Source of the DNA: Eledone cirrhosa
Lineage: Eukaryota
Length of the DNA stretch: 64,000 bases
Reading direction: 5' to 3'
NCBI GenBank assembly: GCA_964016885.1
Contig: OZ024740.1
Location: 307,830,001 to 307,894,000, forward strand
The notes beneath the pieces were generated by a model. It was not told the origin of the DNA, did no database searches, and saw only the letters and a program-made list of their open reading frames with translations. Shown here piece after piece: positions 25,570 through 37,477 of this stretch (position 1 is the stretch's first letter; every line of letters starts with the position of its first letter). The translations under genes were made by a program, and so were the position numbers.

Positions 25570-26652
25570 AATAGGCATGGGTGATGATCACTGGGTGAAG
25601 AAGTGCTAGGTGAGGTCATTGGAAGGAAGCTGCAGTACAGGAAAATCAAGAAAATCCAGGACATAGGAGATTAGAACTTAACTTAGAATGCTGAACCTCA
25701 CAGAGGAGGAGATGAAGGGGCATTATGAGAGGAGGGAGGCTGTGCTGGAAATAATACATCCAACCACACTTAAAGTGGTCATATAGGTGTCACAACAAAA
25801 AGCACCCAGCCCACACTGTAAAGTGGTCGTATAGGTGTCACAACAAAAAGCACCCAGCACATACTGTAAGGTGGTCATATAGGTGTCACAACAAAAAGCA
25901 CCCAGCCCACACTGTAAAGTGGTCGTATAGGTGTCACAACAAAAAGCACCCAGCACATACTGTAAGGTGGTCATATAGGTGTCACAACAAAAAGCACCCA
26001 GCCCACACTGTAAAGTGGTCGTATAGGTGTCACAACAAAAAGCACCCAGCACATACTGTAAGGTGGTCATATAGGTGTCACAACAAAAAGCACCCAGCCC
26101 ACACAGTGAAGTGGTCGTATAGGTGTCACAACAAAAAGCACCCAGCCCACACTGTAAAGTGGTCGTATAGGTGTCACAACAAAAAGCACCCAGCACATAC
26201 TGTAAGGTGGTCATATAGGTGTCACAGCAAAAAGCACCCAGCCCACACTGTAAATGTGGTTGTGTAGGTGTCACAACAAAAAGCACCTAGCACACACTGT
26301 AAATGTGGTTGTGTAGGTGTCACAACAAAAAGCACCTAGCACACACTGTAAATGTGGTTGTGTAGGTGTCACAACAAAAAGCACCCAGCCCACACTGTAA
26401 AGTGGTTGTGTAGGAGTCACAACAAAAAGCACCCAGCCCACACTGTAAAGTGGTTGTGTAGGAGTCACAACAAAAAGCACCCAGCCCACACTGTAAATGT
26501 GGTTGGCGTTAGGAAGGGCCTCCAGCAGTAGAAATCTAGCCAGTAACAGTTCTATATGAGCAAGACACAGTCACCTGATTCAACTTTCCTTAGATGGGAC
26601 AACCCATCCTAGCATGGAAAGTGGACATTAAACGATGTTGATGATGATGATG
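25570..26652 (+). mobile_element. old RTE 3' end whose UTR holds an expanded minisatellite
   Basis: Decayed C-terminal coding (MGDDHWVKKC...), then the repeat array, then TTAGGAAGGGC...GGACATTAAACG(ATG)n. Confidence 0.7.
25763..26500. repeat. 48-bp minisatellite, ~15 units, partly in alternating A/B 96-bp dimers
   Basis: Unit ACACTGTAAAGTGGTCGTATAGGTGTCACAACAAAAAGCACCCAGC(A/C)C. Confidence 0.95.
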
Positions 26653-27146
26653 AACCCACACAAGCATGGAAAAATGGACATAAAATAATGATGATGATGA
26701 TTTATGACTTGGATTCCTTATCGTTCTTGACAAGAGTTTCAGCTAGTATGTCAATGGGTGTTTTGTGGTTCTTTTATTTTCCATATTCTCCACATTGTCT
26801 TTGGTTTGTCCATATATCTTGCTCATACTCTGATGTCATTAATCATTTGTCTATGCCAGGTGGTGCATTCTTCACCACAGAAGGACTTTGCATTTACAAT
26901 CATCATTCTATCTTGTTTACTTCTCAATTTGATTGTGTGTCCTCCTGATTGGTAGGTATCACCTGGCTGGTTGGTTTCCTGAAGTTGGTATGGCACAAAA
27001 AAAAAAATATAAATATATATATATTAAAATAACAGATTAAAGTTTAAGCAAAGAATCGCTGCTTTGACCCTTAACGGGATCTTCTGAAACTAAAAAAAAT
27101 CCCTATCGAGCCCTCTTTGGATTTTAGTCTTCACATTAATTATTAT

Positions 27147-27179
<33 letters not shown>

Positions 27180-27182
<3 letters not shown>

Positions 27183-27276
27183 GGTCCCAAAAATGTATAC
27201 ACACTTTGATTACCTGTACAGGCAATATTTATTAGAATGCTATTGAAGTGTGTATACATTATTTTGCGACACCCTG
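27180..27276. mobile_element. Tc1/mariner-type mini-MITE in (TA)n
   Basis: CAGGGTCCCAAAAATGTATACACACTT / AAGTGTGTATACATTATTTTGCGACACCCTG inverted ends. Confidence 0.65.
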
Positions 27277-27278
27277 TG

Positions 27279-27362
<84 letters not shown>

Positions 27363-27389
27363 TCAAAAGATGGTTAAAGGAGTTCAATA

Positions 27390-27460
27390 TATTTTATTAT
27401 GCGCATTTCAAAAACAAACATCATCAAACAATAATATTTGTGTTTTCATCAGATAAAACA
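27390..27460 (-). ncRNA. type I hammerhead ribozyme (mirror copy)
   Basis: Exact reverse complement of 27581-27651. Confidence 0.75.
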
Positions 27461-27580
27461 GGAGAACATGATATGAAGGCTAAAAAAACACTTGTTGATA
27501 GTGCAGTTTTAAATCAACATATGTTGATTTAAAACTGCACTATCAACAAGTGTTTTTTTAGCCTTCATATCATGTTCTCC

Positions 27581-27651
27581 TGTTTTATCTGATGAAAACA
27601 CAAATATTATTGTTTGATGATGTTTGTTTTTGAAATGCGCATAATAAAATA
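27581..27651 (+). ncRNA. type I hammerhead ribozyme, apparently intact
   Basis: Stem I TGTTTTAT/ATAAAATA; core CTGATGA; 16-bp stem II AAACACAAATATTATT/GATGATGTTTGTTTTT; GAAA; stem III T-GCGC-A; predicted AUA cleavage after 27643. Confidence 0.8.
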
Positions 27652-27795
27652 TATTGAACTCCTTTAACCATCTTTTGATCTTATATTATGCATACTCCAG
27701 TCCCACAAACTGTAGAGTGCTTCTTATCCGATATCTGCATTGCTTTATTGTACTACAATAAAACTCACCTCCTACATATATATATATATATATAT

Positions 27796-30531
27796 GTAAC
27801 ACTAACTTCAAAAAACGTGACAATCACCTGATCACCTATAGATCGGGGTAGATTATATCCTTACCAGGTAGATTATATCCTTACCAGAAGACGTGACAGA
27901 GTGTCTGTTGTAAACACTAAATCCCTCCCCCATGAAGAATGCACTTCCCAACATAGACTGATAATTAGCGACCTAATAGTCAGGACGAGACGTACTAGAC
28001 AACAGAAGAGGACTATCCTCAGGAGAAAAATATGGAAGCTAAAGGACCCCACAGCCAGAAATAAATTTAAAAGCATACTACTTGATGCTTTCGACAGTAA
28101 GGAAGAGGTAAGCAGACGAAAGAAAGTTCAAGCATGTTCTACAACGCGAGGACCAAAAACGTGAGGTGTTCAGGATTGCTAGGCAATGTGTCAAGGAAAA
28201 CCGTGATATTGTCGGGGAGAAGTGTGTACTTAATGATGACGGCGTACTTGCCATCACCGATGCTGATAGGAAGGTAGCTTGGAAGTGTCACTATGAAATG
28301 CTACTAAATGAGGAGAATAAATGGGAGAAAGACAGTCTCCCCCACATCGACCCAATAGAGGGACCAGCAGTGTTAGTCGAGGGTAGTATAATAAGTAAGG
28401 CAATCAAGGATATGAAGACGGGTAAGGCGGCTGGGCCTTCGGAAATAGTTGCTGAGATGCTGAAGGCATCTGGTACGGTGGGACACACCATGGTCACCCG
28501 GATAGTTAACCAAGTCGTACAGAATGGGGTTGTTCCGAAGGACTGGCGTAGCAGCATCATCGTTAACTGTTATAAGGGTAAAGGAGATGCCCTAGATAGG
28601 AGTAACTATAGAGGCATTAAATTAATCGACCAGGTCATGATAGTCACGGAAAAAGTAATAGCGCAACTAATCAGAGAGAGAATTGATCTAGATGAAATGC
28701 AGTTCGGGTTTGTGTCAGACAAAAGTACCACAGACGCTCTTTTCATTGTACGACAACTACAGGAGCAGTACCTAGCTAAAAGTAAACCCCTCTACTTAGC
28801 TTTTGTCGACTTGGAGAAAGCCTTCGACAGAGTCCCCCGTTCCATTATCTGGTGGGCTCTTAGAAAACTAGGTGTTGACGAATGGCTTGTGAGAGCTATA
28901 CAAGCCATGTATAAAGAAACAATCAGCAAGGTTAGAATTAACAACGAATATAGTGAAGAGTTTAGCGTAAAAGTTGGCGTCCATCAGGACTCTGTTCTCA
29001 GCCCCTTACTATTTATTATTGCCCTTCAGGCTATAACAGAGGAGTTCAAGACCGGCTGCCCATGGGAACTCCTATACGCAGATGACCTAACACTCATAGC
29101 TGAATCAATGGCCGAGCTAGAGAAGAAATTCCAAACATGGAAGCACGGCCTAGAATCAAAAGGCCTTAACATTAACCTGGCTAAGACCAAAGTTCTAGTT
29201 TGTAGGAAAGAAAATAATGCGGCGGTCCCTTCCGGGAAGTGGGCATGCTCAGTGTGTAGGAAAGGCGTAGGTAGAAACTCCATTTTGTGTCCCAAATGCA
29301 AAGTATGGGTACATAAAAGATGTAGTGGGATCACAGGTAAGTTAACTAAGAACATAGATTTTACATGTGGCCGGTGCTCTGGTGCAATAAGTAGCAGCAA
29401 GTGCCCAGAGAATACTAGCTCATTCCATTGCACAGATGGTTCTATAGAAATAGTGGACAGCTTCCGTTACCTGGGTGACAAAATCAGCAGTGGGGGAGGG
29501 TGCTCTGAAAGTACAGTAGCTAGAGTCAGAACTGGATGGAAAAAGTTCAGAGAGCTTATACCACTATTAGCCGCTAAAGGGTTCTCCCTAAAAATGAAAG
29601 GCAGGTTGTATGATGCCTGCATACGAACAGCAATGTTGCATGGCAGTGAGACCTGGGCATTGTGTGCAGAGGATATACGCAGACTAGAGAGGAACGAAGT
29701 TTGCATGCTCCGCTGGATGTGTAATAGTAATATACGTGAACGGCAAAGCATAAACGAACTAAGGAAAAAATTAGAAATAAGAGGGATTAGATGTTGTTTA
29801 CTCGAGAGAAGGCTACGTTGGTATGGTCACGTAATGCGCATGAAAGACGACTGCTGTATAACAAAGTGCAGGGCAATAAAGATAGACGGTAGCCACGGAA
29901 TAGGCAGACCCAGAAAAACCTGGGACGAGCTGATAAATTCCGACCTCACACACTTACACCTCTCCAAGACAATGTCACTGGACCGAGACCTTTGGCGCTA
30001 CTCAGTAATAGAGAAGACCCGCCTTACCTAAATACAAAGTAAAACCTACTACAGTCAGTAGGCATCTCTAACAAAATACACCCCCATCCCACCACCCCAC
30101 CCCATCCACACCGCCCCTTTCAATGTAAAGCTATGTTGGTGCCACAACATCCAGGCCGAAACAAATGAGATCGTGTCGGTGTCACGACAAAAAACACACA
30201 GTCCACGCTGTAATGTGGCCGTGTAGGCAACATGGTAAAAACCTCCCAGCCCCACACCGTAAATGTGGTTGGTGTTAGGAAGGGCATCCAGCTGTAGAAA
30301 ACCCGCCAGACAGTCCACGCTGTAATGTGGCTGTGTAGGCAACACGGTAAAAACCTCCCAGCCCCACACTGTAAATGTGGTTGGTGTTAGGAAGGGCATC
30401 CAGCTGTAGAAAATCCGCCAGACAGTCCTATGCGAGCAAGACAATCACTCTTGCCTCAAGTGGGAAAACCCTCGTCCAAACCCATGCAAGCGTGGAACAC
30501 GGACGTTAAACGTTGATGATGATGATGATGA

Positions 30532-30535
<4 letters not shown>
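27796..30535 (+). mobile_element. RTE LINE copy A, 5'-truncated
   Basis: Highly similar to 53288-56140; internal deletion near 28110; 20-bp duplication near 27850-27887; (GAT)n tail; in (TA)n. Confidence 0.95.
28166..30031 (+). pseudogene. RTE reverse transcriptase with PHD-type finger (endonuclease missing)
   Basis: NYRGIKLI, QFGF, FVDLEKAFDRV, VHQDSVLSP (QG mutated to QD), YADD, C4HC3 finger, YLG, LRWYGHV, GRPRKTW. Confidence 0.9.
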
Positions 30536-30557
<22 letters not shown>

Positions 30558-30564
<7 letters not shown>

Positions 30565-31295
30565 TTATATATTAATATATATGATAAACACAAAACGTGT
30601 TTGTATTGTAACAGACAAAGTTAGCTAGCAATGAAATAAACTAATTAAAGTGAATACAATTTGTCTGTCTCGATATAAGTCAATAAAGACAAGCTTATAT
30701 TGGCAAAAGCTGTGATTCCTGGAAAAATTTAAATTTCAAAATCCAAACCCGCTCCGTAGATGAATTTGAACTTCGAAACCCAAATATGGGTGTTATTTCT
30801 AGCACCAGGAATGCGGGATTGCTAGTTAGGCTGGCTACACCACATGTAATCAGACCTGCAAAATTTTTGAAGGTGGAATGTACTAATTTTACTGGATTCC
30901 TGTTGTTAAGCACAGAAGATTTGGATATTTCACTTTTTATTTCTAATCCATTTCGATTCTCTTTATTTTTCAATTCATGTACCATCGTTGCGAAACATAT
31001 TTGGGTTTTGAAGTTCAAATTCATCTACGGAGCGGGTTTGGATTTTGAAATTTAAATTTGTCCAGGAATCACGGCTTTTGCCAATATAAGCTTGTCTTTA
31101 TTGACTTATATCGAGACAGACAAATTGTATTCACTTTAATTAGTTTATTTCATTGCTAGCTAACTTTGTCTGTTACAATACAAACACGTTTTGTGTTTAT
31201 CATATATATTAATATATAACTTATATTTCACTGCTCAGAAATGCCTCTTTCTTTGAGCTGATTAATTGTAAACGACTAAGAGTTTAATCTCTAAA
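30558..31295 (+). mobile_element. fold-back element with ~230-bp arms and ~207-bp spacer
   Basis: 30561-30788 is inverted at 30996-31223; unique tail to ~31295; (TA)n on both sides. Confidence 0.75.
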
Positions 31296-31317
31296 TATAA
31301 TATAGTATATATATATA

Positions 31318-31362
<45 letters not shown>

Positions 31363-31374
31363 ATATATATATAT

Positions 31375-31690
31375 GGAGGCACATGGCTTAGTGGTTAGAG
31401 CAATCGAAAGGTTGTGAGTTCAATTCTCTGACCGGGTGATGTGTTGTTTCCTTGAGCAAGACACTTTATTTCACATTGCTCCAGTTTACTCAGCTGTAGA
31501 TATGAGATGATAGGGACTGGGGTCCCTATCATTCCACTGGAAAGTGGTTGTGGAAGTGCCACGGCAAAAAAGCACCCAGCACTCACTGTAAATGAGGTTG
31601 GTGTTAGGAAGGGCATCCAACTGTAGAAATTAAGCCAGAATCAGTTCCCGTCCTACCCTTGCAAGCAGGGAAAAGTGGATGTAAAATGAA
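31375..31690 (+). mobile_element. family A SINE with RTE-derived tail
   Basis: Head + CORE, then AAAAAAGCACCCAGC...GTTAGGAAGGGCATCC...GGAAAAGTGGATGTAAAATGA, as in the RTE 3' UTR. Confidence 0.8.
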
Positions 31691-31694
31691 ATGA

Positions 31695-32020
31695 ATATTG
31701 AATTGAGAATTGAGGAAGAAATTGAGGTAGTGTGCAGGAGAGAAGATTGCATCGGTATGGACATGTAATTTGCATGGATGATGACTAACGGGTGAAGAAG
31801 TGCCAGGGAATGTCAATGGAACAAAGTCGCAGTAGAGGTAGACCAAGAAAGAACTGGGCAGAAGTGGTGAGAGCTGACCTCAAATTGCTCAGATTCATAG
31901 ACGAGATGATGAAGAAACGTGTCAAGTAGAGAATGTTGTGCTGAGAAGGACCTATGCAACCCAAGCAAGTGTGGAAAAATGGATGTAAAAGCAAAGATGA
32001 TGATGATGATGATGATGATA
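31695..32020 (+). mobile_element. old RTE 3' fragment
   Basis: Decayed ERRL.RYGHV...RGRPRKNW-like coding and (GAT)n tail. Confidence 0.7.
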
Positions 32021-32031
32021 TATATATATAC

Positions 32032-32670
32032 ATCAGGACTGAGCAGAACTTGAATTTCTGTCTTGGGTCCAGTTTCCCTAATGGATTCAACTCCCCTCCA
32101 CAATTTCTTTAATAAATATTTACCTTGCATACATGCTCTCGTGCATGCTTCTATAACCCTAGCCACTGTCACCCCTACCTCCTCTGCTGTCACATGTGTA
32201 CACACATTCATCCATTGAGTTTCTTAAGCCTTTGTCAGAAATACACACCCTCACAGCTTTTTACAGACCAACAACAAACATACACACACCTCTGCACTTA
32301 CACCTATGCACACATATATCCTCACAGTTTCATACAGACAAACAACAAACACACACACTTATATGCACACATATTGACTCTAAATAGGAAAGGATTTTTC
32401 CTTTTCAGAACAATATAGACATCTTTGATCACAGCCTATCAACAGTTTTTCAAAAGATGGCAAAATGAACAGACCTGCTTTTTCTCAAATTTTTTTTTCG
32501 TTTCTGCCCTTGCCCAATTCTATATCTTTCTATTTCTTCTTTAATTTCTCATTCTATTTTCTGATGAAGGATTAGTGTCCAAAAAGTTAAGAGTTTTCCT
32601 ACAATATTAATAATATATATTTTCATTGAATTTCAGCGTCTGTTGTGTTTTTCCTGTTTAATTTTCACAT
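32032..32670 (+). mobile_element. Penelope-like element 3' end (ORF C-terminus + pLTR)
   Basis: 32032-32112 translates IRTEQNLNFCLGSSFPNGFNSPPQFL*, resembling the EQ.LIF.LGTL.P.G.N end of PLE GIY-YIG ORFs; hammerhead motif downstream. Confidence 0.65.
32551..32600 (+). ncRNA. degenerate hammerhead motif
   Basis: CTGATGAAGGATTAGTGTCC-AAAAAGTTA; the GAAAC core is mutated relative to the 19555-19600 copy. Confidence 0.45.
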
Positions 32671-32767
32671 ACATATATACATTATAGAAAGGTATATTTA
32701 TACACACACACATATACATACATATTTATATATATAGATATATATATTTATACACACACATATATAA

Positions 32768-33070
32768 AGAACCCCTTCGGTCATGAATGACAATAGGTTT
32801 TGTACCTAGAAAGTTCCCCTCTGAGGCACAAGTCCGGGCAAGGTAGAAGACCGACTGTTGTCTTTGCATACCAGTCTCCCCTCTCCATGCCACTGATATT
32901 GTTGAAGGGAAAGACAAAGGCCGATACAGCTTGTCATAGTAATGTTGCAACAGATTTCTACAGCTGAATAAACTGGAACAACATGAAATAAAGTGTCTTG
33001 CTCAAGGACACAATGCATCATCCGGTCTGAGATTTGAACTCACAACCTTACGATTGCAAGCCCAATGCCT
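32768..33070 (-). mobile_element. family A SINE with a third tail type
   Basis: B box + CORE, followed by GCTGTATCGGCCTTTG...CATTCATGACCGAAGGGGTTCT. Confidence 0.75.
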
Positions 33071-36000
33071 TGGCTTGATACTTCTTCTATAAATCTATCC
33101 CATTTCTGTTGGCACTACAACAAAATGCTTCCATTACCCTCAGTAGAGTAGTAAGAAGTATTGGTACCACAATAAAATACACCTACTACATTCTAAAGTG
33201 GTGGTATTGGCACCAGATCAAAATACACCCAGTTTAAAGTGGTAGTGTTGGTGCCATGACAAAATATACCTACATATAACACATTGTCTTATCTGGGAAG
33301 TGAACTCACAATCTTATGAGAATCCAACTCTCTGACCACTAAGCCATGCACCTTCACACATGAATATATAGATATATCCATATGGTTGATGAACACTGAA
33401 TGGAAAAATATATATAGGGTAGTCCAGAATTTCAATGTGGATACCATCAATTTTCGCTGGAGATAGATTAGATTAGCAAAATTGAATTAGTGGGGGGGGG
33501 GGATAAGAGCGGTATGGTTGGAAAAAATCTGAAAAATTAATAAGCAGGGGTGGAAGGTGGAGGTGATTATTCGAGATCCGAGAGTAAGCCAGACATGGAT
33601 CCCTTAATGACTTAACAAACATATTGATGACTGTTAAATGAATTTCCTTCACCCTTTTGTTACCTTATTTTTAATGAAAGGCACTGCCTATTCTTACTTG
33701 ACATTATGATTGAGGATTTTTAGATAAATATAAACACTTTCAAATAAACAGTTTTGCATTATAGAAACAGGAACAGTTTCAGATGGTTTGGTATCAAAAT
33801 GGCCTTTTGATACCAAACTACGTGAAACTTCTTGTTTCTATAGCTTTAGTTAAGCTATATGCAAAATAACAATAAGTGGTGATTTGTTGAACTGTTGTTT
33901 ATTGCATGAAAAAATTTACAAATGTAAGAAGGAATGATCTACACCTGAAGTCCAGGTCTTGTTACTTGCCTCACTAGAAGTCCCTTCACTGCCAACCAGT
34001 TCAATAACCAGTCTGCAGTAAAGTCCTTTCCATCAACGGTTCAGCTTTATGAGCTTCTAGCAATGCTCTACAATACACAGCTATTTGTTTTAAAGTGTTT
34101 ATAGTAGTGAAACACTTGGCAGTTGAGAAATTCTGATTTCTGGTTGAATATTTCTGCTACTTTATAGCCTGTAAATACTTCATGTAGCACTCAGGTGTCT
34201 TCTGCATTTCATTCTTGTGAAAATTGCATTTGGAAAATGTAGGTAATATTACTTCTTCTTCTGCCGAGTTTACACTCGCAAACAACATTAACATTGTTTT
34301 ATATAAGTAAAGTTGAGGAGAAGAGCTCTGTATTTAAATAGTTTATTGTTGTTTCTATAATTTAACTTCAACTGAAGGTGTTTTGCAGTCATCAAATAAC
34401 AATAATGTAAAAATAAATATAGAAGAGTGGGTTAAAAATAGGTCTGATTCAGTGGCATCTTTTAAGATCAGTATCTTGGAAACTTAGAAATATAAGTTTA
34501 TGAAATCTGTAGGAGGTAAATTTCTAAAATAAGATAAACTAAGAGAATTTAGTTTCTAAGAAATAAAATTTAAAAAAATTAAAAGTATTAATGTTCATTC
34601 AATTTCTGGATTTGTATTTAAGATACAAAATGATTTTGAAAATCAGTGAAGGATGAAAAGTCTTGTAGAGCATCAGAATGCAATGGAAGTTTTATAAAAT
34701 ATTCCTTCATAATCTATAGCATTAGGTTTCGGTGGTGGTGGTGGTGGGGAGATTTAAGGTACTGTAGAAATGCCCTGCTATTTGCCAGCTAGTTAATCTG
34801 AGATGAGAATGAAATGTTAAGCTTACAAGGAAATATGAACTTGCAATCCACTCAGCCATCACATTTCTTCATGTGAAAGTAGAAGCCATCAGTTTGAAGA
34901 CAAGTAAGCCCAACATGAATAAATTAGTGACTCAACAAAGTCTGTTAAATGAATTTCTTTAAAAGTTCTATAGTAGTGAAGCATCTGGCAGTAAAAAAAA
35001 GAAGCCAAATATAACCTCTAGATGTATAAGTTGAGAGATGGGTTAAGTATGGTTGCACTGGGAATATATTGGAATAATTTACCATTGTATAATATTTCAA
35101 TGTTTGGGATGTTTGAAAAGCTTCAATATATAATGAAAGTGGGTGCTTTCTACTGGAGGAATAAAGATATAGTGAGATTTATGGTGCAGAAGATTAGATC
35201 TAAAAAAACAAATACAAATAGATTTATGTAGGAATATAATATAAAATATTATCAACAGTTTAATGTAACAGGTTAACATTCTAATGTTATGTAGCATGAA
35301 TATCTATAAATTTATTTCTACCAGGTGCAAATATATAACAATCAAATTATCTTTCTTGCTTTTGTTTGAATTAAATTTCCAGTTATGAAGAAGAACTAAT
35401 TACTGTAGAATATTATTAAATCGTAACTGATTAGAGTGGGTGTGTTATGTTTGTACGAATGTTAGTTATTAATCTCTGATGATCCTTCATATTATAACAT
35501 TACAGTAGTAAGAAACTCTCGGGAGAGCTGGACAGCAGGTCTTCAGAGAAGAACTCAACCCCCACCCACTCAAGCGAGTTTTTCAGCCCTTAACTTATTA
35601 CACTCTAAGGAGGCCAAGCCACAATAACAAGACATTCTTAAAAAGTACAACACGGCACAATAACTGCATCACATTAAAAATGAAAGTCCTTAGTCTATTT
35701 CTGCAAAGTTTCATAACTACCTGTTCACTAATAAAGATATAAACATTTGAATCAATAAACTTGTTTTTAGATATTTTCTAAGTCATTGCAGAATATTAAG
35801 AGTTAAATAAAAAATATAAAGAAAGATAAACCTAAGAGAAGTTGATGTTGCTGAAGAATTAGTAGACAAATTGTGGATGTTTTTGCAAATCCATCTAATC
35901 TATGTCATAAAAAACTAAGGACATAAAGTCGGTGTGATGAATTTCTGGAAGAAAAATTCATATCTTTTTAAAACTGACCTTACTTCAAACTTTAGTTGTT

Positions 36001-37162
36001 TTTTTAATTAGATTTTTCTTCTTCTCCTTGATTTTTCTCTTTAAAAATTCCATTGATTTATATGAGTGGTTATTATAATCAATGATTTCATGTGTATAAG
36101 TAAGATTTTTCCATTTTCGTTTTTTACGAGAATTATGTGAGATGGCCTTCGTGGGGACTAAATAACAATATCCATAATTTTATTTGACTTAACAATATGC
36201 AATGAAAAACATAAAAGAATTGGTTTCCTTATTACCATAGCATCCATTGTATTGTCAATGTATAAAAAGTAAAATGCTTCAGATATATCTAGAATATTTG
36301 CAATATGTTACTTTTGTTGACTACCAGTAAAACTGTTCTATAATTATATCTGTGTGAAAAGAATTCATATTTTAAGTTACCTTTTAAAACATTACACCAA
36401 AATACTCATGGAAAATAGAGAAAGTATTATCCAAGACACTATACACTAATACAAAAACAATTTGCTTTACCTGAATAGTCATATGTAAATTTGGAAGGAA
36501 ATGATCATAATTTATGTATCTGTTATGCGTGAAATGAAGAAAACTCTTCTGTTTCCTTGAAAGAAATTATATAGGATGAAGTAAAATGGGTTCGAAATAT
36601 AGATAGAAATAAAATATAGTAAAAACTTATTCATGTACAAATTAGATTATCTTCAGTATTCGTGGTTATATTAGGTTTCTGGTCATGCCACAAGAGATAA
36701 ATTGCAGTAGAATGTTATTCTAAGTGTGAATTCTCAATCTTAACAGGTTTATTGTGAACAATGTTACATGTGTGTGGGTGTGTGTACGTACAAAGACATC
36801 AAACACAAATTTAGTGCCTACTTATAAAATATGCTAGTGTACTATATAGTGATGATAAAATATGCTAATGTACTCTATTAACTATAAAATGTGCTAATGT
36901 ATTATATTTGTAGTGCACCTGAGTACTGTACACAATAATTTTCATTAATATTATTACTAACTATAAAATATGCTAGTGTACTATATAGTAACTATAAGAT
37001 ATGCTAGTGTACTATAATATATGCTAGTGTACTATATAGTAACTATAATATATGCTAGTGTACTGTATAGTAACTATAAAATATGCTAATGTACTATATA
37101 GTAACTATAATATATGCTAGTGTACTAGATAGTAACTATAAGATATGCTAGTGTACTATAAT

Positions 37163-37322
37163 TGTTTCTACTTTAGGCACAAGGCCAGCAATTACCCAGT
37201 GCATTACTGGTACTTTATTTTATCGACCCCTCGGCGGGATTTGAACTCAGATCGTAAAGGGACGTAACTATGCTGGAAAGCATGGCGTCCGACCCTCTAC
37301 CGATACTGCCAATCCACTGCCC
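37163..37322 (-). mobile_element. SINE family B inside the satellite
   Basis: Family B head and tail; forms the 3' part of a TSD-flanked chimera. Confidence 0.85.
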
Positions 37323-37326
37323 AAAA

Positions 37327-37477
37327 CAGTAAAACTCCCCGACCGACACTGTTCTCGACTAAGGGTCGCGCTCCAGCTGCGTCGGCGCACAACGTGTGCG
37401 TGCGCGACATGCACCGTACGCTTCGCACCAGATAAATGAACCACCGCTCGACGACGGCCCCGTCCCTTCTCAATCGA
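37327..37477 (-). pseudogene. 28S rRNA fragment (retrocopy)
   Basis: Minus strand ...GCGCGACCCTTAGTCGAGAACAGTGTCGGTCGGGGAGTTTTACTG resembles conserved eukaryotic LSU GCGCGACCC...GACAGTG.CAGG.GGGGAGTTTGACTGGGGCGG (compared from memory); upstream TCTGGTGCGAAGCG also fits. Confidence 0.7.

Larger units (their letters stand above)
27360..27775 (+). mobile_element. fold-back element: perfect 320-bp palindrome plus tail
   Basis: 27361-27520 is the exact reverse complement of 27521-27680; unique tail to ~27775; (TA)n on both sides. Confidence 0.85.

Noticed and set aside
25723-26489. Cys-rich repeat protein (CCDTY) or CRISPR-like array
   Set aside because: There are no unique spacers, and the 48-bp period keeps a frame open by chance. 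The array is an RTE 3' UTR minisatellite.
36468-36560. Possible small minus-strand exon ending CAG|GTAAAG
   Set aside because: One short open frame without homology; could be chance in AT-rich DNA.
37327-37477. Functional rRNA gene
   Set aside because: Only a 150-bp fragment inside a retroposed insertion.
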